The notes under the pieces are model-generated. The model did not search any database and was not told the DNA's origin. It was given only the letters and a program-made list of their open reading frames with translations. This document shows, one piece after another, positions 12,189 to 23,755 of a stretch of 64,000 nucleotides of DNA. The DNA is taken from positions 806,001 to 870,000 of the forward strand of contig CBFDEM010000036.1 of assembly GCA_965603825.1 (NCBI GenBank), written 5' to 3'. Numbering within the stretch: the first letter of the stretch is position 1; each line of letters starts with the position of its first letter. The position numbers and the translations under genes were made by a program. This DNA comes from Blepharisma stoltei ATCC 30299. Its lineage: Eukaryota; Protista; Ciliophora.

Positions 12189-14559
12189 TTATTTCTTTCC
12201 TTTTCCTTTCTTCATTTTTTTCTTTGAATTGGAATCAGATAATATAAATGGATGCGGGACAATTTCGTATTTTTCTAACACTTCAAGGACTGGAACTTTG
12301 CATATGATTTCAGCAAATGCATGCTTAATAAGAGCATCTGGGACATCTCTGCCTAAGCTATTAACAAGTTCATTAAATCTTAATAAAAATTACTTGGGGT
12401 GGGATTGCAGTTTTTGGGCTGTAAAGTGCTTTTCGATTAATTTTTCAAGCAATATTTCTCACTCGTAGATGAATTTGAGAAGCAAGTCTTCTTTTTGGAT
12501 TTTTATTTCTTTGGAAAAATTTATTATATTGTAATCTTCTATAGACTTCATTATTGCTTCAATAGAAACCATGTGATCTTTTGCAAGGTAATCGAAAAGA
12601 ATTAGGATTTCCTGCTCTGTTGCCCAAAAGTTGGCTTTTTCTTTGGCTCATTCAGTAAATTCTTTATTTGTCACTAATATTTAAATTACTGTGGTCATTA
12701 TTTCCAGAAAGAGATTTTAGAGATTTTCCTGAGTTTTCAATAGAAACCTCAAGTCTGCAGAGCAAAATCAGTATAGAAGTATCAATAGGCAAACTAGCTG
12801 CCGATTCAGGACAGATATATTCAATTCTGCTCAAAATATTCTCACAGCTATGCCTGCAGTTATTTAAATTTGTGTTCAAAAATTCATATAAATGTCCTAA
12901 ACTCAGCAAATGATTATCTTCTTGATAAATTCTAAACATCTGGTTAATTTTAAGCACAAAAGTTTGACACTGAATTGAGGTGTGATGAGGAATTCCCATC
13001 ATTTTCAAAAATAATCTGCTTTTATAATCTTTCTGTGAGCTTAGTATTTTTACTATTTCTACGGTATTAAAAGAAACTTCATCGGATTTTGAAAATCGGT
13101 CTATTAGCTCATATAGAACTTCAAAGCAAAAATCATTATCTCCATTTCCTTTGTCTAGAACTGATTGGAATAGTAAATGAGACTCAGGAATATTAAAGCT
13201 AGCTGGGATATCTGCCTGTGGAAAACTTATTTTTGCGAATGGGTGCAAAGAAATGGCAGGAGGATCAATTTCAGGAAATATAGCGAAATCTTTTATAGAC
13301 CAAGCAGTTTGGATTTCTTTTTCTAATATCTCAGGAGATTTCCCAAGAATTTCAGCTATAGTCATGATGCTTGAAATATTGTTTAAAGTGACAACTTGTT
13401 TCAATTGCTCTGATTCAGCTTCAGTTATATAAGTATTCAGCTTGCTTAGCATCCTATTCATCTCAATACATGAAGCTTCCTGCTTATCCATTTCAGTTAA
13501 TTCTGCAATCCTTTGGTCTCTATTCGCAACAATTCCAAGTAATTCAGTTTTATCCTTTGTCAATACTTTTATTGTATTGGTTTTACTATTAATTTCTGCA
13601 GTAAGCTTAGCAATAGTTCTCTCATAATCACTTTGAAGCTGCTGTGTATATTTTAAATGCTCATCAGAAAGAACTCTTACTCTTGCCCTTGTGCACTCCA
13701 CAACTGCATTTATGCTTTCTTCATGCATTCTCATCAGCGTATCTAGTAGTTTAAGCATCAATCTCCATAGCATTTCAAGCATCATCACCTCATTATTACT
13801 ATTTCCTTTAACCTTGATCCCTCTAAAAATATCTCTACAAATCCTGCTGTATTCTTTCAAAATTTCAATTAATTCTTCACTTTTATAGTTTTTCATACTT
13901 TTCAGTCCTAATTCCTTATAGTTTTGGATTTTATCCTTCAATATGTAATAAGTCCCCATGTTTCCTTTATCAGGAGGAATGCATTCTTTTCCATTAGAAA
14001 TTTCTCAGTTTAGTTCTAAATCGAATTTCAAGGCATGTAAATGAGAAAAAGATTCAAGAAAGACCCGATACTCATCTTCATCTAATTTAGAGAATTCAAT
14101 TTCTTGTATAAAAGATTTAGTTGGGCTTGCGTCGTTAAGCTTAATAATAGAAAAATCTTCGGATTTGCCTTGGCGATTGTAATATCTATGGCTTCTGCTA
14201 ACTGTATTAATATTTCTATCAGTTGAATATGCAGCAGATCCATGTGGTCTCATCACATGTAAATCTTGGCTTTTTGCGGAAATTAGAGCACCTTGTCGTG
14301 AGTTTGAAGTGGGCCTTGCTGAGCTTGGAGGAAAAGGATAGTGAAATATCTCATGCCCTGGCGATTTTCCTGGGCTTTGTGAATATGATCCGATTTTTGC
14401 AGGGGAGATTGAAGATTTGGATTTTTGATTTCTATAATTTCTAAATTGGCTGACAATGTCAATTTGTTCTGACTCCATATAGCTTTGCTGTGAAAGGTTT
14501 TTCGCATGCTTGATAAATGATTTTTTGCTACTTTCCGCTACAGAGTTTCTTAAATTCAT
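12189..14559 (-). CDS. Hypothetical coiled-coil protein (~779 aa, two introns)
   Basis: Track ORFs join via TGA 14005-14007. A 16-nt intron (12674-12689) and a 15-nt intron (12379-12393) restore the frame to ...KKGKGKK-TAA. Confidence 0.75.
12379..12393 (-). other. 15-nt intron
   Basis: GTAATTTTTATTAAG; in-frame TAA. Confidence 0.8.
12674..12689 (-). other. 16-nt intron
   Basis: GTAATTTAAATATTAG; removal restores the frame. Confidence 0.8.
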
Positions 14560-14609
14560 TTTTAAAAAATTAATGTTTTGGATAACTGTAATCAAAATTG
14601 TTAGTTTAA

Positions 14610-15101
14610 TTAGATGAAAAGATCAGGAGGTGCTATTTTTAAGGCCAATTTGGGACGATAAAAGCTAAGCTTTTCTTTAATTTCTATAATTTGGTTTATT
14701 ATTCCTCTAAGGTTACAGCCTCCTATAATATTTGTGTCGTAGCTTAATAGCAGCTTTTTTGGGAGTGGTTTAGTATCATATTTTTCAAGCTCTTCTTTAA
14801 GTCTGTTTTTTATATGTATAAATTGCCTTCCTCTTCTTTGGTTCCATTCAGCTGTAGCAGCATCGCATTGCTTTAAATATGTAGGCTTACCGAAAATATC
14901 GACTTCGCTCCCTATAAAAAGATCCCATTTCTCTACTGTTTTTCCCTGCAAGTTTGCTAATTTTTCAATAATCTGACTTTCATTGTTATCAATAGACACA
15001 AAAGCCACTTGTTCAACTGTATGAAAAGATAAGCTTATTATATGTTTTTCCTGTCCTTCCCATCACCAGCTTGTAAAGTTAAGATACTCTACTTCTTCCA
15101 T
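14610..15101 (-). CDS. Small DM10-like domain protein (~163 aa)
   Basis: ATG 15101 is in frame through one TGA. DLFIGSEVDIFGKPTYLKQCDAATAEW resembles the DM10 signature of EFHC1/NME7 microtubule inner proteins. Confidence 0.6.
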
Positions 15102-15149
15102 ATTATTTTATATATTTATCACTAAATTTTTACTAAATTTGAAGTTAGA

Positions 15150-16634
15150 TTAATTGAATTTTTCTTCCTCCTTTTCTTGTTCTGTCATCGAATATATTCT
15201 AACAACTAATTTATTTGGATCTCTGATCAACAGATATTTTCCTTCAGGAGACTGCTTTAAAGTATCCACTATTGATCTGAAAACTCCCCAGCAGTTCTGA
15301 TAGTTCAAATTAAGATGCCCAGCAAGCTCAGGAGTCCTAAACGAGTGAACATAGAACAGCTCATGATTTCTCGTCCTGGAAAAGTTTTCTCTGCTTATAA
15401 ATCCAAGCTTCACATATTCAGCCCCAGAAAGCAAGCCTCTTATGGCCCATTTTGATAATTTGCATGAGTTGTTTTTATACTCAGTTCCCAGGACTTGTCC
15501 TCTATGGCTTTCTAGCTGTGATCTATATCCTCCAGTTATTTTTGAGTCGTATTCATTGACAGCAAACACTTTTGCGTAAGAAATTTTGCTTTCTTCTCTA
15601 ATATAAGCGTCGATTTCAGTTCTAACCACAACTTCAGTGTCGTCATAAAGTTTCCATTTTCTGTATTTATAAGCAATTGGAGCATGGCCTGGGGTTTCTG
15701 CATCAGTTGGGTGATCAGAGCCAAGACTTGACGGTGGAGGCCTTACACTTGCCAAAAAGAAAGCTCTGTTTACTCTTAAAGCTTCGTCCATCAGCTTTTT
15801 AGGATGCTTAGGGCTGTCTTCAGGCTCGTCTTCGTCAGGCATGTTTTCAGCTGCATTCTCATTAGCGGTGATTTTTTCTAAGGCGGAGTCGTTACTTTTG
15901 TCAAAAATCACTTTTCCGTCACTTTTTTTGGTGATCAAAACGTCCCATGGGTATACTGATCTTGTCATCGTCATAATAGCTGCAAGAATTACATCAGTAA
16001 TAAAGACCTGTCCAGCGTTATTTTCTATGAGTTCTCTCATAACAGGGTCTGCAGAAGTTGTCGAAACATTTGTGAAATTTGCTGGAGCCTCTGAGCCAGG
16101 AACAATAAATGAGTCTTCGTCTGTGTTCAGCTTGATTGGATTTTTTCTATATGAATTGTCCAGATTTTTATTATATTGGAACACAGAGGAGTATTGGCTT
16201 ATGTCAATTGGCGCTGGAGGATCATATGACAGTTTGTCAACGTTTTGTTTGCCGAGTTCAGCTACAACTGGCCATTCTCCTTTAATTGGCACAGAGAATT
16301 CTCTGAAGATCCTTTTTACAGGGACTCTTTGCTGAGGCTGAGCACTTTTCTGCTGTGGAGCAGTTGGTTGCCTTGCTTTCTGGGCTACAGCTTTATTCTG
16401 GAAAATTCCTCTTCTGCTCAATACCTTGCTTTTTGATTGAAGCTTATTCTCAACCAATGCAAAATCGCTGTCTTCTTCTTCATATTTGCTGACTTTTTGG
16501 GCAAAATCAATGAAATGTGTTAATTTGCCGATGTCATCAGTCGGATCTAGCCCTGGAATGCGAGAAAACATGGATTTTGGTGGTGGAGGACAGACTTCAG
16601 ATTCTTGAGTAATTGTGGTATGAGTGGCCTCCAT
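15150..16634 (-). CDS. EIF3D: Eukaryotic translation initiation factor 3 subunit D
   Basis: TRSVYPWDVLITK, YKYRKWKL, EYKNNSCKLSKWAIRGLLSGAEYVKLGFISR and GKYLLIRDPNK. Confidence 0.95.
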   Translation of the reverse strand: MEATHTTITQESEVCPPPPKSMFSRIPGLDPTDDIGKLTHFIDFAQKVSKYEEEDSDFALVENKLQSKSKVLSRRGIFQNKAVAQKARQPTAPQQKSAQPQQRVPVKRIFREFSVPIKGEWPVVAELGKQNVDKLSYDPPAPIDISQYSSVFQYNKNLDNSYRKNPIKLNTDEDSFIVPGSEAPANFTNVSTTSADPVMRELIENNAGQVFITDVILAAIMTMTRSVYPWDVLITKKSDGKVIFDKSNDSALEKITANENAAENMPDEDEPEDSPKHPKKLMDEALRVNRAFFLASVRPPPSSLGSDHPTDAETPGHAPIAYKYRKWKLYDDTEVVVRTEIDAYIREESKISYAKVFAVNEYDSKITGGYRSQLESHRGQVLGTEYKNNSCKLSKWAIRGLLSGAEYVKLGFISRENFSRTRNHELFYVHSFRTPELAGHLNLNYQNCWGVFRSIVDTLKQSPEGKYLLIRDPNKLVVRIYSMTEQEKEEEKFN

Positions 16635-17043
16635 TTATTATAATTTCATCTAAAGGCGGTTCTTTATAAACTGCCGAGGATTTTCATTTAATCAATAAAA
16701 TAAACTGGACATAAAAACGAAGCTATCCTAATAAATTCATATTGAAATTTGAATTGACTGAATGGTTACCATTTATAAAAAAAATCAAGTAATTCTGTTA
16801 TATTTATGAGGATTTCTGTCTTTAAATAATGAAGTCAAGATAACTGTAGGATCCTAAATCACCAACCGAGCCGTTTTTATTTTATATTTGCAAGCTCTGT
16901 CCTTTAATTGGGTTTTATGTAACTCTTGAAGCGATAAATAATAATCCCCTCATTTGCTAGCATTGTAGCAATAATCATAAAAATATTAAGAGAATTTTTT
17001 TAAAAATATTATTGGTATAAATTACAGTATTTAATAAAATTAA

Positions 17044-17943
17044 ATGTCCGGGTTCAAAGCTTCTACTGACTGCTCTCCTTTTTCAGCTACTAACAGTGCT
17101 CTTGACAGCTTCACTGTTCTTAAGAGACTCGAAAAAGGAGGGACATCCATCGTAAAGCTTGTTCAAAACCCCTCCACAAAAGATCTATACGCAGCTAAAA
17201 TACTGAAAAACTCGTCCCGAAGCTACTCTCAAAACCTGCTGCTGTTCGAAAAAGAAGTGAATTTCCTTCGAAAGCTCTCACACAGCAAGATAGTCAAACT
17301 TTTAGACTATAAGACCAATGGAACCTATACAAAGAAAAACAATAAAGGTCAGTACTTTTGTACATACATTCTTATGGAGTACTGTCCTAATAAGGATATG
17401 CTAGACTTCGTAATGACTCAAAGGGCATTGCCAGAAAGCCAAGCGAGAGGATATTTCTGTCAAATTATTGAAGCATTAGAAGAATGCAGCAGGTCAGGTA
17501 TATGCCATGGAGATCTCAAACTTGAAAACGTAATGCTTGATGAGAAGTACAATGCAAAACTTATAGACTTTGGGTTCTCAAAAGACACAAGTAAAGGTGA
17601 GCTAGCTGAATTTAATGGGACTGACTGTTACATGGCTCCAGAAATAAGAGCCAGGAAAAAGTACAATGGGACGAAAGCCGACGTGTTCTCAGCAGGCGTC
17701 GCTTTGTTTATTATGTATATAGGTGCCCCTCCTTTTGCAAGAGCCAGCCCAAATGATAGTCTCTACAAACTTTTGTTATTTAATAGAGAAAGATTTTGGG
17801 AGGTCCAGCAAAAGAACTCACCTGATAAGACGATTACAAAGGAATTTAGAAGTTTAATAGAAAAATTACTGTCATTTAATCCAGGAAGCAGGCCAGATTG
17901 GAGCGCAATCAAAGATGATGAATGGTGTCGCCAAGACCTGTAA
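17044..17943 (+). CDS. CAMK-group Ser/Thr protein kinase
   Basis: YAAK, HGDLKLEN, DFG, YMAPE and ADVFSAGV motifs. Confidence 0.9.
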   Translation: MSGFKASTDCSPFSATNSALDSFTVLKRLEKGGTSIVKLVQNPSTKDLYAAKILKNSSRSYSQNLLLFEKEVNFLRKLSHSKIVKLLDYKTNGTYTKKNNKGQYFCTYILMEYCPNKDMLDFVMTQRALPESQARGYFCQIIEALEECSRSGICHGDLKLENVMLDEKYNAKLIDFGFSKDTSKGELAEFNGTDCYMAPEIRARKKYNGTKADVFSAGVALFIMYIGAPPFARASPNDSLYKLLLFNRERFWEVQQKNSPDKTITKEFRSLIEKLLSFNPGSRPDWSAIKDDEWCRQDL

Positions 17944-18011
17944 AAACTGTTTATATTAATTCTAAAATTTAGATAGCAAATTTAGAATATAATAACTTTA
18001 TATTTATTAAG

Positions 18012-19007
18012 CTAAAAGGAAGGCCAATAGGCGTTTGGATATCCAGGCTGCATTTGAGGCTGAGGATGGGGTGGATATTGAGGCATCAGGTTTCTGTTGT
18101 CTGAAATAAATTTTTGCGCAGCTATTGCTCCTAGTGGGGTGAATTGATTTGGATTGTGGGGTTGGACAGGGGGAGTGTTTTGGTACATTGACATGACTTG
18201 GCTGATTTTTCGCTTCTTTTCCTCTTCTTCGATTCGTCTAATTTCAGCTTGATTTGGCACCTGGGGAAACATTTGCATTTGCTGAGGAAACGCTGGGACT
18301 GGGTTTGTTGTCATTTGCATTGGAGGAGGGTTTGGCATGAATGCAGTAGGGTTGTGCACTGGCTGAGGAGGTGGAAAAGAGATTTCCCAATGGGGATTTT
18401 GGACAAGTGGCTTGGGGTCATTTCTAATATCTCCATCAAGCAAATTCACACTGTTTACTTGAGGTCTAGGCTGAGGCTGAGGCTGAGATATCGATTGTGA
18501 AGGCTGAGGTTTTGGCTGTGCCTGCATTGGCTGCTTTGGAGTATGATTTTGTTTTGGCTGTGGATTTCTTTCAGGTGAAGGAGCTATTTGCTTCTGAGGA
18601 TTTATTGGAGCCCCTTTAACAACTCTTTCAACAATATCCTGCTCTCCTTGCTCAATCCAGAGCTTCCTTTCATATTTGTCACGTAAATAAACCTCAACAG
18701 AGTGGCTTGAGCTTGTTTCAGTTGGCTTTGAGTGGTTATGAGGCTTTTTCTTTTCCCAATAAGAATTTGCTATTTCGTTATCTAACGCTTCGAAAATTCT
18801 GAACATTTCTTCAGTCCATTTATCAAGGGTTACTGATTTCATCTTTGAGATGTGGGTTCCCAGCTTTCTGTGAAGTCCGCAACATCGAATACACACGAAA
18901 ACTCCTAGAGAAATGCTTGCCCAACGTGGATTTCGGTTATCACACTCTGCACAAGCTCGGTTTCCTGGCTTGTTAAGAATTCTATTAAGCCTTTCCTGAT
19001 AGTCCAT
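18012..19007 (-). CDS. ArfGAP (SMAP/Age2-like) with Pro/Gln-rich tail
   Basis: CAECDNRNPRWASISLGVFVCIRCCGLHRKLGTHISK zinc finger; first ATG is 19007. Confidence 0.93.
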   Translation of the reverse strand: MDYQERLNRILNKPGNRACAECDNRNPRWASISLGVFVCIRCCGLHRKLGTHISKMKSVTLDKWTEEMFRIFEALDNEIANSYWEKKKPHNHSKPTETSSSHSVEVYLRDKYERKLWIEQGEQDIVERVVKGAPINPQKQIAPSPERNPQPKQNHTPKQPMQAQPKPQPSQSISQPQPQPRPQVNSVNLLDGDIRNDPKPLVQNPHWEISFPPPQPVHNPTAFMPNPPPMQMTTNPVPAFPQQMQMFPQVPNQAEIRRIEEEEKKRKISQVMSMYQNTPPVQPHNPNQFTPLGAIAAQKFISDNRNLMPQYPPHPQPQMQPGYPNAYWPSF

Positions 19008-19453
19008 TTTCAAACCTTTTATAATGAAAAGTTTTTATAGTAAAAAGTCTCCTACAATATGCTTATATTCATTTAGTAAAGATATTTGTATTTTCCTATT
19101 ATTGACTTTTGGAAATATTTAAAAACCCAAATTACAAAAAATACTAATTTTCAATAATTAATTAAACTATTATTAAATCTGTTTTCAGCTGAATATCCTG
19201 AAAAACTTCCCTTCTTAATATTTTAATGCAAAATTGCTTATAAAATCCTCATTTTTATATTTGATATTTGAAAAAAAATTCACCATGCAAAAATGTAACT
19301 GCTGATGTCTATTAACTTAACAAAAATAAAAAGTATATATAAAATAAACATCAATAATAAGCTTAGAATACAAATCTGGCAGTAACGATCTTTGGCATGA
19401 ATAAGATAAATGAGTTTCATGATTTTTTTTCTTATCTAATAACAAATATTAAA

Positions 19454-20662
19454 ATGTATGGAAATATCCGAATTCATATGAATCCTAAAATTTTTGCTCA
19501 GCCAAATGAAGAATTTCGTAAGCTCCCTACATGTTTTTTTAACGAAAAACAAGATTCTTCGCATTTGTCAGTTGATAAAAATCAAAATCTGTTGTCTAAG
19601 AGTATGAGCGAACGTTACGAGATGGAAAAATTACCCTCAATTTCATCAAGGACAAGCAGAGAATCAGTAAATAAGTCAAATACAGATCTTAATTTACTCT
19701 TCAGTCATATTAAAAGAGCCCGAAAAAGAGAAATAACAAAGATCTCAACTAGCTATGGAGCTCGTATCATAAAAGCTTATGCTGCAAGCACAAACTCAGG
19801 TTTGGTGAAAAATTGTAATGAGGACAAAGTAACAATAGTCAGAAATATAGTAAAGCCAAACTCAAGGGCATTAGAAAATTGGCCGCAGTCAGCTTTTTTT
19901 GGAATATATGATGGTCATGGCGGCTCATTGTGCGCTGAGTTTCTTAGAGACAATCTACACAAATTTGTAATTAATAACCCTCATTTCCCAAGTAACCCAG
20001 AAGAAGCCTTGAAAAGTGGGTTTTTGGAAGCTGAACAAAAATTCCAATGTTTTGCGAAAATGAGAGAAAATGACAAATCAGGAAGCTGTGCAATAGTAGT
20101 CTTGATCGTTGGACATACATGCTATATTGCTAATCTAGGTGATTCTCGTGCCTTGCTTAGCATTAACCATGGAGAAAGAGTAGAGCAGCTTTCCAAAGAT
20201 CATAAACCTACTGATACTATTGAAAGAAGCCGAATTCTTCGTGCAGGCGGAAACCTTTATAATAGCCTAAAACAAAGGAATGGGACTTCAAAATCAGGCG
20301 GCGTTGTCAGAGTTATTCCTGGAAGATTAGCAGTTTCAAGAAGCTTTGGAGACATTCATGCCAAGTTACCTGAATTTGGGGGTATTCCAAATGTATTAAT
20401 ATCAGTTCCAGAAATTACAAAATTCAATATTTCAGCAAGCAGTGACTTCCTTATATTGGGGTCTGATGGACTGTTTGATAAGCTAAATAATCGAGAGATA
20501 GTGGAGTCTATTTGTCAGTCTACTAGAAGGCTTGAAACACATGATTTGCACTCTGCTTGTGGGATTGCGATTGAAGAAGTCATAAAAGCAGCCATGGATA
20601 AGAATTCGTTGGACAATATAACAGGCGTCATTATAGCTTTTGGAGGATTAGAGAGCATTTAA
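19454..20662 (+). CDS. PP2C/PPM protein phosphatase
   Basis: NEDK, FFGIYDGHGG, ANLGDSRA, DHKP, LAVSRSFGD, LGSDGLFD and DNIT. The start could alternatively be 19397. Confidence 0.92.
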   Translation: MYGNIRIHMNPKIFAQPNEEFRKLPTCFFNEKQDSSHLSVDKNQNLLSKSMSERYEMEKLPSISSRTSRESVNKSNTDLNLLFSHIKRARKREITKISTSYGARIIKAYAASTNSGLVKNCNEDKVTIVRNIVKPNSRALENWPQSAFFGIYDGHGGSLCAEFLRDNLHKFVINNPHFPSNPEEALKSGFLEAEQKFQCFAKMRENDKSGSCAIVVLIVGHTCYIANLGDSRALLSINHGERVEQLSKDHKPTDTIERSRILRAGGNLYNSLKQRNGTSKSGGVVRVIPGRLAVSRSFGDIHAKLPEFGGIPNVLISVPEITKFNISASSDFLILGSDGLFDKLNNREIVESICQSTRRLETHDLHSACGIAIEEVIKAAMDKNSLDNITGVIIAFGGLESI

Positions 20663-21044
20663 TAATAAATGCTGGTGATAAATTAATTATTGACAAATTA
20701 AGTAGATTACTCTTGAATTTAAAAAAATAATTAAATAAAAAAATCATAAATATGCTTATTTTAGCATAATTTCAGATGAAATTGTGATAGTTTTATATAT
20801 TGTTAAAGAAAATTAATTTGGTGAATAATTATGAAATTTATTTGTAAATGTAAATCAAAATTAATGAATTTTTCCAGTGAAATTTCATAATAATTTATTT
20901 TATAATTCACATAAATAATATTAATTTATCCTGAGACTCAAAAAAAATCAATAGGGTTTTTGCATGAAGTAATTCTTCCAAATCTAATTGAATTAAGAAA
21001 AATGATGAGAATATCTAGTCTAAATATTTGAGCCACAATTATTA

Positions 21045-22347
21045 ATGTCGCATCTATCATGCTATAAACTTTTGAATACCATAGGTCGAGGAAGTTATGG
21101 GCGAGTTAAAGGTAAATTTTATTCAGTTGCCATTCATACACCTACAGACAAGCAAGTTGCTGTAAAGATAATAGAGTTAAAAAACATAACTGACCAAGAC
21201 TTCAAAAATTTTGAAAGAGAAATCGCAATACTCCAGAAGCTTGATCATCCACATATAGCCAAAATGTAATTGACTACTCAGACATGAAGTGATAAGAACA
21301 CCTAATAGATATTATCTAGTTATGGAACTTATCCCAAACGGAGACTTACAAACACATCTAGAAAAAGCAGGAAAAGTCGAAGAATCTAAAGCATTATATT
21401 GGTTTCAACAATTAATTTATGCAGTCGATTATTTTCACAAAAAGCATATTTCGCATAGAGATTTAAAGCTAGAAAACTTGTTACTCGATTCAAACAACAA
21501 TGTTAAAGTTGGCGATTTTGGCTTTGCAACTCCTATGCGTGATGGGTGTTTTCTTTATACGTTTTGTGGCTCTCCACATTATGCGTCACCAGAAATTTTG
21601 TCAAGTTTTCCTTATTGTGGGACTGAAATTGATATATGAAGCTGCGGGGTTATTTTATTTTCATTGGTTGCAGGGTATCTGCCTTTTGATGAAAATAATT
21701 ATTCAATTATGTTTGCAAAAATCAAAAACGCGAAATTCAAAATGCCTCCAAACTTCTCTAGACCACTTAAAGATTTAATATATAGAATGCTTGATCCTGA
21801 CCCTGTTGCAAGAATAACAGCCCAACAGATAAAAAATCATCCCTGAGTCAATATAAATATCCCTCCTTATTTATTGTATTCTCCAAACAAAAAGACTCTT
21901 AGAAAACTTAACTCTGAGTCGCTACTAAGAGTATCTAATCCATTAAGAGAAAGAAGCTTATCAGAGTTTAGCATTGCACCAAGGTCTGATGATTTGTCGT
22001 CAGAAGATTTTTCAAATCAAGGGGATAATGAGCTATATTTGCCTCCCTGGAAGTATGGCTTTTCTTGCAAAATGTCTGGGGAAGATTTAGCAGCTCACCT
22101 TTCAAAAATCCTTGTGGATTTGAAATTAAAGTGGAAATCAGAATCAAAATTTTGCTATAAAGTATGCTATGAAGATAGCTTGAACAGTGCGACTGATGAT
22201 TTAGCATTTTACCTCAAAATTTTCAAGGATGAGGATGTTTTTATTCTTACTTTTCAAGATGTGGCTTATCGAAATCCATTGATATTATTTGATTTGTTTA
22301 GTAAAATATATGTATCATTTGACAAGCTAAATAAACAACTGAACTAA
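21045..22347 (+). CDS. SNF1/AMPK-like kinase (~423 aa, two introns)
   Basis: GRGSYG, HRDLKLEN, DFG, CGSPHYASPE, DI[TGA=W]SCG (21637) and HP[TGA=W] (21844). Introns at 21112-21126 and 21266-21281. Confidence 0.9.
21112..21126 (+). other. 15-nt intron (no stop)
   Basis: GTAAATTTTATTCAG; removal restores GRVKVAIH kinase spacing. Confidence 0.85.
21266..21281 (+). other. 16-nt intron
   Basis: GTAATTGACTACTCAG; removal restores HPHIAKIHEVI. Confidence 0.9.
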
Positions 22348-22661
22348 TTTTTTATATTTAATATAAAATAGTGGGGAAGATAAGTTATTTCTTATTCATG
22401 TGTGACTGTGTTTTAATTAGCATTTGTTTTTAAATAATCATTTATTGATATTTTTCTGATATAATGCCTTGGTATAAAAGCTCAATACCGCTGATGTAAT
22501 AAAATCCTTATCGGTATCTATCTATATTTATAATATGCTAAAACCATTTTGCTTATCCAAAATAATAGTGGAATTTCTCACTATAATTAATTAATTTTTA
22601 AATTATCAATAAAAAATAAAATCATTATATAAATAACTAAATTTTATCAGTGTATTACAAA

Positions 22662-23735
22662 ATGTCAAGCAATTACAATAAAGCCGGAAAATTAAACCAG
22701 AATTCACGATTTCGAAGGGAATTATCCCTTCAAGTAGAGCCAGAAATATATGGGAATTACGCATTAACCCCATCTCCAAGAGGACCACATTTACCTAGCG
22801 GAGGACTGACAGTTTTCAGAAAAGGTGAAAATCTTATTTTAACCCCAGATTCTCCTTTGAGATATCAAAGGAACTTCAACGTGGATGATGTAACTGGGAG
22901 TTTAAGCATAAAACAAAAGGAAAAACCTTTTAAAGTCTTAAATTATAAAGATGAAAGCCATCACACCAGAAGTTCAACCACAATTATAAACGAGGACAAA
23001 CAAGCCTACCATTTCATCTCAGCGCTAAGTGCAATTCCTGAAACAAAGATAAATCCTCTGCCGTCTGCAGAAGCTGACCCAAAAACCACAGCTTGTGATT
23101 TGGATTTTTTAGATATTTCTGATGATATAATTTCTAATCTCACTTTTCCCGACCTAGAAGAGCCAAAAGAAAAAGAAATTTCAAGGCCGAAGCCATCACA
23201 CACATCAAAAAGCTCCATGTTTGCGTCTACCTCTGCCCCAAAAAGCTTGCAAACTTCAATGCTTCACGAAATCCCAACCCTCAATAAGGATTTCAAAAGA
23301 ACTCGTTCAAATAATTTATTATCCAGTGAAAGATCCACAAAATCTTTCCAGTCAGACAAATTTTTCCCAGAAACTTTTAAAAGCAACTCCACATTTCGCC
23401 TCACAACTAACACAATTGAAAGCGAAGAAAGCATTGACTCGAAACCTCCAGAGTTCCAATTCGAAAGGAGCATTGCAAACACTGGGTCATTCCCTGATAT
23501 TCCATTGGGAATTCTCCCTACAACGGCTTATTGCCATCACTGTCAATCAGAGGTTACCACAACAGTAAAAATCTGCATGCCAACACTTCCATTGTAAGTT
23601 TTATTTAGATGAAAAAGAATTTGCTGTGCATCGTTTTTAGGCGAAGAAGAGCTTGAAAAATATCAAGAATTCGAGCATTATTGCAAGAATTGCAAAAAAC
23701 TTATAACCAAGTATCAGCCGAAGAAACTATGATAA
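22662..23735 (+). CDS. LITAF-domain protein with long disordered N-terminus (~352 aa, one intron)
   Basis: YCHHCQSEVTT, then after intron 23594-23608 EHYCKNCKKLI (LITAF CxxC/HxCxxC). Ends TGA-TAA. Confidence 0.8.
23594..23608 (+). other. 15-nt intron
   Basis: GTAAGTTTTATTTAG; joins the two halves of the LITAF domain. Confidence 0.88.
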
Positions 23736-23755
23736 ATATAATATAATTAATTAAG

